From positions 56,354 through 120,353 of the forward strand of contig PLMQ01000064.1 in NCBI GenBank assembly GCA_003142535.1: a DNA stretch of 64,000 nt, read 5' to 3'. This DNA is from Syntrophaceae bacterium. GTDB lineage: Bacteria; Desulfobacterota; Syntrophia; Syntrophales; Smithellaceae. Made by a program: the position numbers and the translations under genes. Each line of letters begins with the position of its first letter. The stretch's first letter is position 1. The notes under the pieces were generated by a model that worked only from the letters and a program-made list of their open reading frames with translations, was not told where the DNA came from and made no database searches. This document shows, one piece after another, positions 56,643-64,000 of this stretch.

Positions 56643-57048
56643 TTTGACAAAAATTAGAGTAATCTATGCGGATACGGATGCTATGGGTATAGTTTATCAT
56701 ACTAACTATATCAAATGGTTTGAAGTAGGGCGCAACGAATTAATGAGGCAATTAGGCATTCTTTACGCGGAAATAGAAAAACAGGGATACAACCTTCCTC
56801 TGACCAGAGTAAATTGTCATTATCTTTTACCGGCAAGATATGATCAGATATTAGTAATCGAAACGCAGATAGATTACATAAAAAGAGCAAGCATTAAATT
56901 TAATAACAACATATGGGATGAACACAGGAAAAATCTTCTTGTGGAAGGCTATACGGTACATGCCTGCACAAACGCTGAAGGGAAAATACGCAGGATCCCG
57001 CAAATCATTCTTGATCCATTGAGCAAATACAACATTAAAGGGGAATAA
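56632..57048 (+). CDS. Acyl-CoA thioesterase, YbgC/4HBT family
   Basis: VIYADTDAMGIVYHTNY hot-dog-fold motif. The start codon is uncertain (TTG 56632 or TTG 56644). Confidence 0.8.
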   Translation: MVHNLTKIRVIYADTDAMGIVYHTNYIKWFEVGRNELMRQLGILYAEIEKQGYNLPLTRVNCHYLLPARYDQILVIETQIDYIKRASIKFNNNIWDEHRKNLLVEGYTVHACTNAEGKIRRIPQIILDPLSKYNIKGE

Positions 57049-57049
57049 T

Positions 57050-57730
57050 ATGGCAGCAAGATTATCAAAAAAAGAACTCAAAGGACCGGACATTTTTCAA
57101 TCCAGCATTGAGAAAATTACCGATTTTATTTCTGAAAATAAAACACGTTTCTACGTAATCGTCACCGCGATTATTTCGGCTGTTATTGTAGCGTTTGCAA
57201 TTTATTTTTATTGGAATAATTATCAATCATCGGCGGTTGAATTATACAATAAAGCGCAGACTTACATAGCAAAAACCAATGCCAAACCGGATGATACCAA
57301 AGACAGCATCATTTTATTCAAGGAATTGATTGATAAATATCCGCAAAGCTGGAGCGCCCGTATGGCGCGTTATCATTTGGGTAATGTTTATTATAATCTG
57401 GGTGATATTGATAACGCTATTTCTTCTTATAAGGACTATATTTCATCTATAACATCAGACAATGCCGGAATCACTTTTCTTGCTTTAACTTCATTGGGGT
57501 ACTGTTATGAAACAAAGAAAGATTTTAAATCAGCTCTTACTTATTTTGAAGAGGCGCAAAAGGGCAACAATACCGGTTTTGAATCTATCGGCTATAGCAA
57601 CATCGGCCGGATTTACGAACTGCTGAATGAAAAGAAAAAAGCCCTGGAAAATTATCAAAACGCTTTGCTGAAAACAGCAGATCCATCTATGTCTCTTTTC
57701 TTAAAACGTAAAATTTCTTCTCTGAGCTAA
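57050..57730 (+). CDS. Membrane-anchored tetratricopeptide-repeat protein (YfgM-like)
   Basis: One N-terminal TM helix followed by TPR-like repeats. Confidence 0.6.
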   Translation: MAARLSKKELKGPDIFQSSIEKITDFISENKTRFYVIVTAIISAVIVAFAIYFYWNNYQSSAVELYNKAQTYIAKTNAKPDDTKDSIILFKELIDKYPQSWSARMARYHLGNVYYNLGDIDNAISSYKDYISSITSDNAGITFLALTSLGYCYETKKDFKSALTYFEEAQKGNNTGFESIGYSNIGRIYELLNEKKKALENYQNALLKTADPSMSLFLKRKISSLS

Positions 57731-57761
57731 TTTGAATTTTGTTAATCCGGAGGCTGGAGAT

Positions 57762-59522
57762 TTGAAAGTATTAATGTCGGGGAATGAAGCTATCGCCCGC
57801 GGTATGTATGAAGCGGGGATCCGGTTTGCTGCCGCTTATCCCGGTACACCGAGCACGGAAATATTGGAAGAGTTTGCCAAATATGATGGTGTTTATGCGG
57901 AATGGTCGCCCAACGAGAAGGTAGCTCTGGAAGTGGCCATCGGCGCGGCATTAGCCGGTGAAAAGGCTGTTGCCGTGATGAAGCATGTCGGAGTGAATGT
58001 CGCCGCCGATCCTCTCTTTACCGTAAGTTATACGGGCATTAATGGTGCTTTAGTCATTATCAGCGCCGATGATCCTTCATTACATAGTTCACAAAACGAA
58101 CAGGATAATCGTAATTACGCTAAATTTGCAAAAATTCCTATGTTGGAGCCGGCAGACGCCCAGGAAGCTAAAGAGTTTATCAAACTCGCTTTTACCATCA
58201 GTGAAAAATTTGACACGCCGGTTTTTTTGCGCTCTACAACCAGAGTGTCACATTCCAAATCCGTCGTTTCTCTGGAAGAGCCAATACCGTACATCGATAA
58301 AACAGCAATTACTTATAACACGACAAAGTATGTCATGGTTCCGGCTAATGCCCGTATCCGGCGTGTAGCGGTAGAAAAAAGAACGCTAGCCTTAAAAACA
58401 TTTGCCAATAGTTTCCCGGAAAACAAATTGGAAATTAATAATCCAGACGTAGGAATTATTACAGCCGGAATGCCTTATAATTATGCCAAAGATGTTTTCC
58501 CTGATTATTCTTATCTGAAACTGGGTATGGTTTATCCCTTACCGGAAAAATTAATCCGCGAATTTGCCGCTAAAGTTAAAAAGATTTACGTTATTGAAGA
58601 GTTAGATCAATTTCTGGAAGAACAAATCAAGGCCATGGGTATCTCGGTAATTGGTAAGGAAATATTCCCTTATACCAATGAATTTGATCCCGGCATCATC
58701 CAAAATGCCATAAATAATCAGAACAAGGCTACTGATTTGCCTGTGAAAAGTATTCCGCCGCGTCCACCCAATCTTTGTCCGGGTTGTCCGCACCGCGGTT
58801 TATTTTACACATTAAACAAACTCAAACTATTTGTGACCGGGGATATCGGTTGTTATACACTTTCCTTTATGAAACCGCTGGAAGGTCTGCATTCCTGTAT
58901 CTGTATGGGTGCCAGCATCGGCATGGCGCACGGCATGAGCAAAGCCTTGAAAGAAAAAGGGAAGGGCAAGATAGTCGGTGTAATCGGCGATTCAACCTTT
59001 ATTCATTCCGGAATAACTCCGCTTTTGAATATGGCCTATAATAAGAGCAATGCTGTTATTATCATTTGTGACAATAGCACAACGGCCATGACCGGAATGC
59101 AGGAACATCCGGCTACCGGTTACACCCTTTTAGGGGAAAAAACAAAACAACTTGATTTGAAAGTCTTGGTTTCGGCGCTCGGTATCGATAATATAAGAGT
59201 TGTTGATCCTTATGATCTGAAAAATACAAGAGCCGTTATCAAGGAAGAACTGGCTAAGGATGGCCCTTCCGTAGTCATTTCACAAAGGCCGTGTGTCCTG
59301 TTCAAAAGGGCAAAATTAAAAGCTCAAAAGCCTTTGCAGGTTGATCCCGAAAAATGTACGGGCTGTAAAGTTTGCCTTGGTTTGGGATGCCCACCGATTT
59401 CTTGGAAAAAGATGGAGAAAAAAGAAGGCTCGAAGAGGGAAGGGGTATCCGTAATTGATGAAAATCTTTGCAATGGGTGCGGTTTATGCCTGCAAGTATG
59501 CAAATTTGAAGCGATTAAATGA
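57762..59522 (+). CDS. iorA: Indolepyruvate:ferredoxin oxidoreductase subunit alpha
   Basis: MSGNEAIARG N-terminus, TPP-binding GDIGCY/GDSTF motifs and two C-terminal 4Fe-4S motifs. I prefer TTG 57762 (GGAGGCTGGAG upstream) over the TTG 57732 used by the track. Confidence 0.88.
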   Translation: MKVLMSGNEAIARGMYEAGIRFAAAYPGTPSTEILEEFAKYDGVYAEWSPNEKVALEVAIGAALAGEKAVAVMKHVGVNVAADPLFTVSYTGINGALVIISADDPSLHSSQNEQDNRNYAKFAKIPMLEPADAQEAKEFIKLAFTISEKFDTPVFLRSTTRVSHSKSVVSLEEPIPYIDKTAITYNTTKYVMVPANARIRRVAVEKRTLALKTFANSFPENKLEINNPDVGIITAGMPYNYAKDVFPDYSYLKLGMVYPLPEKLIREFAAKVKKIYVIEELDQFLEEQIKAMGISVIGKEIFPYTNEFDPGIIQNAINNQNKATDLPVKSIPPRPPNLCPGCPHRGLFYTLNKLKLFVTGDIGCYTLSFMKPLEGLHSCICMGASIGMAHGMSKALKEKGKGKIVGVIGDSTFIHSGITPLLNMAYNKSNAVIIICDNSTTAMTGMQEHPATGYTLLGEKTKQLDLKVLVSALGIDNIRVVDPYDLKNTRAVIKEELAKDGPSVVISQRPCVLFKRAKLKAQKPLQVDPEKCTGCKVCLGLGCPPISWKKMEKKEGSKREGVSVIDENLCNGCGLCLQVCKFEAIK

Positions 59523-59550
59523 TTATTATAATTGGACTGGATAAGATTAA

Positions 59551-60129
59551 ATGGGTAAGGAAGTAAAAAGCATTTTGCTGGCTGGAGTCGGTGGCCAGGG
59601 TATTTTAAGAGCCAGTGATATTATGTGCATGGCCTTCATGGAAGCTGGCCTGGACGTTAAAAAGAGCGAAGTTCATGGCATGGCGCAGCGCGGCGGTTGC
59701 GTGACCAGCCATGTTCGTTATGGCCATAAAGTTTATTCGCCATTGGCGCAACTGGGAAGCATTGATCTCCTTGTTTCTTTTGAGAAAATGGAATCTCTGC
59801 GCTATTTAAACTATCTGACTAAAGATGCCACAATTATAGTTACTACCGATGAAATTTACCCGCCTGCAGTGAATATGGGTGATGCTCCTTATCCCGAAGA
59901 TATAATTTCCGTCTTAAAGAAGAATTTTAAACTAGTTAAAGAAATCGATGCCACAGACCTTGCAAAAAAAGCAGGTAATGTCAAAGCGGCTAATGTTGTT
60001 CTATTGGGAGCTGTTTCCGGTTATCTGGATATAAAGCAACCTGTCTGGGAATCTGTTATCGAAAAATCTTTTCCGGAAAAACTGGTAAAAGTTAATTTAG
60101 CATCTTTTCAAATGGGAAGAAGTGCTTAA
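59551..60129 (+). CDS. iorB: Indolepyruvate:ferredoxin oxidoreductase subunit beta
   Basis: 192-aa ORF with GVGGQG and GMAQRGG motifs. Follows iorA. Confidence 0.88.
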   Translation: MGKEVKSILLAGVGGQGILRASDIMCMAFMEAGLDVKKSEVHGMAQRGGCVTSHVRYGHKVYSPLAQLGSIDLLVSFEKMESLRYLNYLTKDATIIVTTDEIYPPAVNMGDAPYPEDIISVLKKNFKLVKEIDATDLAKKAGNVKAANVVLLGAVSGYLDIKQPVWESVIEKSFPEKLVKVNLASFQMGRSA

Positions 60130-60214
60130 ACTAGAAGCGTTGATATTAAAGTATAAATATCTTTTATATTTAAGGCATTATAACAATTAGCTAAAGGATA
60201 AGATAAGGTATTAT

Positions 60215-61171
60215 ATGGCCGAAGATTACTATCAGATTCTGGGAGTGGATAAAAAGGCGTCTGCTGATGAACTAAAAAAAGCATATCGCAAATTAGCCAT
60301 AAAATGGCATCCGGATAAGAATCCCAATAATAAGAAGGCGTCTGAAGAAAAATTCAAAAAAATCAGTGAAGCTTATGCTGTTTTGAGTGACACTGAAAAA
60401 CGCCAGCAATATGACCAGTTTGGCTCTGCGGACCAGTATCGTCAGCAGTATTCTCAGGAAGATATTTACCGTGATTTTGATCTGGATGAAATATTGCGGG
60501 GATTTGGTTTTGGTGGAGGAAGAGGGGCAGGTAGAACAACATTTCGCACTGGAAGAAGGGGAGGCGGATCTTCTCAAGGATTTAGCGATCCCTTTGGCGG
60601 TCTTTTCGGTGGTATGGGTGGCCAGCAATATGCCACGCAGATGCCGCAAAAAGGCCAGGATGCTGAATATAATCTATCGATATCATTAGAAGAATCTGTA
60701 TTGGGTGCAGAAAAAAAGATTTCTTTTCAAAAAGAAAATAAAGTTGAAGAAATAAATGTAAAGATACCTGCCGGCATCAGTACCGGTAAAAAATTAAGGC
60801 TTCCCGGAAAAGGAATGTCCGATTACGATGGTGGTCCTAATGGAGATTTATATTTAAATATCAATGTGTTACCGCATCCAATTTTCTCCCGTGACGGAAA
60901 TGATTTATATATAGAAAAGACTATTCGATTTACTCAGGCTGCCTTGGGTACATCCGTTGACATTCCGACTCTGGACGGAACCATGAAACGCATTAAGATA
61001 CTGCCGGGGACACAAAACAATACAAAGATAAGAATGAAAGGTTTTGGCGTGCCGGGATTGAAGGGATCAGCCAAGGGAGATCAATACGTTAAGATTAATA
61101 TCGATGTTCCGAAAAAATTATCCGATCGCCAGGCAAAGTTAATCAAGCAGCTGGCCGATGATGGCATCTAA
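60215..61171 (+). CDS. cbpA: DnaJ-class co-chaperone without zinc finger (CbpA-like)
   Basis: J domain DYYQILGV...HPDKNP, a G/F-rich linker, DnaJ C-terminal domains, and no CxxCxGxG repeats. Confidence 0.8.
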   Translation: MAEDYYQILGVDKKASADELKKAYRKLAIKWHPDKNPNNKKASEEKFKKISEAYAVLSDTEKRQQYDQFGSADQYRQQYSQEDIYRDFDLDEILRGFGFGGGRGAGRTTFRTGRRGGGSSQGFSDPFGGLFGGMGGQQYATQMPQKGQDAEYNLSISLEESVLGAEKKISFQKENKVEEINVKIPAGISTGKKLRLPGKGMSDYDGGPNGDLYLNINVLPHPIFSRDGNDLYIEKTIRFTQAALGTSVDIPTLDGTMKRIKILPGTQNNTKIRMKGFGVPGLKGSAKGDQYVKINIDVPKKLSDRQAKLIKQLADDGI

Positions 61172-61311
61172 CGCCAATCCTAAATCAAAGCATCCATTAA
61201 ATACCTTATTTTATTGCGTTAATACAGAAGAGATAGCTTTTGTGCGCATATTTTAAATATAATCGCAAGGTCTTATAACATATGTTATGTAAACATGAAG
61301 CTGTTTTTAGT

Positions 61312-62820
61312 TCAAAGGTTAATATCAGATTTTGCAAATTTCATCAGTTTTGAGTAAATATCAAGTCCGTATGCTTTATTCCACTCTTTAAGTGCTTGGC
61401 GATAAGCCATAATGTTTTTCTTTTGAGTTTTCCTTCTTTTTTGCGATTTCGGAGTTACCCTGTATTCATCTATGCTCATATCTTTCTTTTCCGCATTACA
61501 CCTTGGATGAGCAAGCAGTATATTTTCCAGTTCACTTTCTTTGCCAGCAATATAAGGTTCTATATGTTCAGCATGAATTTTACCTGTTTCCATTTTTTTT
61601 CCAAATTTGCCGTAACAGAGATAGCAATAAGGAACGTTTTGCCTAATTGTCTCTTTTTCTGATTTTGTAATATTTCGTTTTTGATTGTCAGTCCAATCAC
61701 CTAAATATTTTTCTAAAAATACTTTTTTGAAAATTTGGTTTGATTTTTTAATGTTTCTTTTGCTGTTTGTTCCAGAGCCTGTAATTACAGAAACAAATCT
61801 TTGATTCTTTAAAATCTCAAGATAACCCTTCTTTATGCCTATAAAATTCTTGCCATTAAGTTGATTCTTCGAGTATTTTGGAAGATAAAACGACAACAGA
61901 TGGAACAGGCTTTGGTTTATTTTCTTTGAGAATGAGTAAAAACCCCATTTATTTATTTTCGGTGACTTTACCCCTTTCTGTAATACCTGAAAGCAATCAT
62001 CAATGTCACTTTCAAACATCTTTTTCAGGATCCAAAAGAATAATTCACTCTTTTGCTTCATCCTTTTTATTTCACGCTCATTAAAATCTTTTTTTAGCAT
62101 GTTAAAATTATTTGAGAGATCTGTTATATCTCGTTCATAGCCGTATTTATTAATCACAAAAAACCTTAATGCCAATTCCTCACCCAACATGCGATCAAGT
62201 GTCATTCCAGTAATTTTTCGCAGTTTATTAGCCACTGTCTTTAATAACTTATTGAATTTAGGCATTTCGCTAGCAAAAAGACAATTTCTAATTTCCTGTG
62301 GCTTAAGCATCGTTGCACCTTGATTGAGCACTCGAAATATTTCATATTTCAAATTCACTGATGTTTCCGGTAAATACACACAGTATATGTTTCGTTTTTC
62401 TATAGTCTGCCTGAGGTCGTTAAGTTTAATTTGGTCGCCGTTGTGATTAAGCTGTATTTTAGAAATTATTTTTTTTCGGATATGTTTATTAATGCTTTTT
62501 GGGTTCAGAAACCCGAATATAGTGGTTAAGCGCTGCTGACCGTCTACTACTTCATAGCTGTTGTTTCCTGATTCAGCGAAGTAAAACATTGGTAACGGAA
62601 AGCCTGCATAAAGTGATTTGATTAACTGTTTTTGTTTGGTCTTGTTCCAAACAAATTGTCGTTGGTAGTCAGGTTGTAAATTTATTTCATTGCGTGTGTA
62701 TGAATTTAAAATATCTGTAATTAACCTAGGCACCGGTTCCTTTATATGTGGAGTTGACAAATTGCCATGATATCTATCAATCTCATCTATATCAAAATCA
62801 TTTACTTGAGTTTTAGTCAT
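61312..62820 (-). CDS. DUF262 (ParB-like/GmrS-type) domain fused to C-terminal HNH nuclease; GmrSD-like putative type IV restriction/defence protein
   Basis: LQPDYQRQFVW and DGQQRLTT DUF262 signatures. The C-terminal CYLCYGKF...HAEHIEP...AHPRCNAEK is an HNH motif. The gene is visibly AT-rich. Confidence 0.65.
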   Translation of the reverse strand: MTKTQVNDFDIDEIDRYHGNLSTPHIKEPVPRLITDILNSYTRNEINLQPDYQRQFVWNKTKQKQLIKSLYAGFPLPMFYFAESGNNSYEVVDGQQRLTTIFGFLNPKSINKHIRKKIISKIQLNHNGDQIKLNDLRQTIEKRNIYCVYLPETSVNLKYEIFRVLNQGATMLKPQEIRNCLFASEMPKFNKLLKTVANKLRKITGMTLDRMLGEELALRFFVINKYGYERDITDLSNNFNMLKKDFNEREIKRMKQKSELFFWILKKMFESDIDDCFQVLQKGVKSPKINKWGFYSFSKKINQSLFHLLSFYLPKYSKNQLNGKNFIGIKKGYLEILKNQRFVSVITGSGTNSKRNIKKSNQIFKKVFLEKYLGDWTDNQKRNITKSEKETIRQNVPYCYLCYGKFGKKMETGKIHAEHIEPYIAGKESELENILLAHPRCNAEKKDMSIDEYRVTPKSQKRRKTQKKNIMAYRQALKEWNKAYGLDIYSKLMKFAKSDINL

Positions 62821-63002
62821 TTCAGATAATACTCCGAATCGCTGAAGAATTTATATCGCTTATTGGCAGTCTAGGCCTAAAAACGTTTAATAATTGTTAG
62901 CATAAAAACATACTTATTTGACAATTGTCAATATTTATTCATTTTTAAACCAACTCCACCTCCCTCGGCATTCGCCGGGCTTCGCGCACAGCGCTTAGTT
63001 TT

Positions 63003-63722
63003 CTAAATGAACTGCACTTCGCCTATTGCACCCATATCGTTGCCGCAGATGATGATGATCCCTTTTACGCCGGGAATTTTGATTCCGTAATCCAAGGCGG
63101 TTTTTATATCTTTTTTGCTTTTCACTTTATTGCCGATGGCTGTGGCTGCAGCATCGGACAGCGTCGCTGATTGAGAAATAACACAAACGGCATCAGCCTT
63201 GCCGAAACTCAAAGACGGACCGACAGTTGCGGATGATGTGCAAATACCCAAAGGGGTTTTCTCCGGTCTTACCATAAAGTTTACTTTATAACTTAACGGA
63301 GACTCTCCCGCGAATACGGAAACAGTTGATTTATCTTTAGATTTCAGAAAAATATCCCCGCCGTTTTCGATAATTAGATTATCTGTAGATTCCAATAGAT
63401 CCTGGCCAATGAATTGAGAGATGGCTCCCGCAACGGCGGCCATCGGCCCTACCCCACATATGCTTGATTTAATTAGCATATCTTTCACAATTGCCGGAGC
63501 AAATTCATCTTCCGGTAAGGGTAATAATGAAGTTAAGAATTTAGGATTGTTTTTTATGTAATTTTCTAAATGAGAACGGTACTTTAGTAAAGATTTTTTA
63601 ACTTTTTCGGAAAGATCGGTATCAGAACTAATAAACAAATCGCTTTCAGCAATTTTGACGTTATACGAAGTAAGATTATCCTTATTTATTAATGATCTAT
63701 AGGTTCTTTCTTCATACAACAT
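63003..63722 (-). CDS. UPF0280 / ApbE-like superfamily protein
   Basis: 239-aa ORF. The GPMAAVAGAI motif and overall length resemble UPF0280 proteins as I recall them. Confidence 0.45.
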   Translation of the reverse strand: MLYEERTYRSLINKDNLTSYNVKIAESDLFISSDTDLSEKVKKSLLKYRSHLENYIKNNPKFLTSLLPLPEDEFAPAIVKDMLIKSSICGVGPMAAVAGAISQFIGQDLLESTDNLIIENGGDIFLKSKDKSTVSVFAGESPLSYKVNFMVRPEKTPLGICTSSATVGPSLSFGKADAVCVISQSATLSDAAATAIGNKVKSKKDIKTALDYGIKIPGVKGIIIICGNDMGAIGEVQFI

Positions 63723-63745
63723 ATTATGTATTGATCTTTTGTTTT

Positions 63746-63863
63746 GTCATTCCGGACTTGACTTGTGCCCTTTAGGGTATCCGGAATCCAGTTATTCTTC
63801 AATGTTGTGTTTCCCGGCCATCCGCCGGGGCGACGTCTGGATACCGGCCTGCGCCGGTATGAC
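63746..63863 (+). repeat. Type-2 palindromic repeat, second copy
   Basis: GTCATTCCGGA...TCCGGAATCCAG, then a CCCGGC-catc-GCCGGG hairpin, then CTGGATACCGGC-ctgc-GCCGGTATGAC. Confidence 0.75.
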
Positions 63864-64000
63864 GACTTTGGGACTTTTTTATGAATTGCATAAGGCCTTA
63901 AGTTTGCGCCAATCTAGGGAGAGATAATTATAGAAGTAATTACAACATATTGGATGCGCTTCACTCTTCACGAGCGCCGTTATTAACAGTATGTGGTGGC

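Noticed and set aside
61275-61288. The 14-bp palindrome ATAACATATGTTAT as a bidirectional terminator between the cbpA-like gene and the DUF262-HNH gene.
   Set aside because: The stem is AT-only with no loop and no flanking T/A tracts. It is kept only as a flank feature of the AT-rich stretch, not as a terminator call.

Overview
64-kb chromosomal window from a fairly AT-rich bacterium. Gene content (split pyruvate carboxylase, IorAB, Re-citrate-synthase-like enzyme, sigma54 two-component pair, DUF362 Fe-S protein) suggests an anaerobe of Desulfobacterota/deltaproteobacterial type, but that is inference only. I call about 57 protein genes and saw no rRNA, tRNA, CRISPR array, transposase or integrase. 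Most of the window is core housekeeping: pycAB, secA, argJ, the rpsB-tsf-pyrH-frr-uppS-cdsA-dxr-rseP cluster, tsaB, adk, aspS-hisS, comEC, recJ, rpmB, pfk, purNM, recG, hom, iorAB. Observations worth a second look: (1) upstream of a LIV-type ABC operon, a promoter, a 30-codon Phe/Tyr-rich ORF, alternative pairings and an intrinsic terminator together look like a classical leader-peptide attenuator. (2) A Phd/ParE-type toxin-antitoxin cassette sits behind the livF-like gene, bracketed by two diverged copies of the livF 3' end that differ mostly at synonymous sites. (3) A modular hairpin repeat family has four copies. One lies in frame inside comEC and two abut TAA stop codons. (4) A second palindromic repeat family has two copies. 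(5) An HMGL-type synthase is fused to a Cache-like domain. (6) A solitary DUF262-HNH (GmrSD-like) gene lies in an AT-rich stretch. (7) An AT-rich orphan gene sits next to comEC. (8) A near-consensus sigma54 promoter precedes the kinase/sigma54-regulator pair. Everything was read by eye, with no database search or folding program, so family assignments rest on recognised motifs only.
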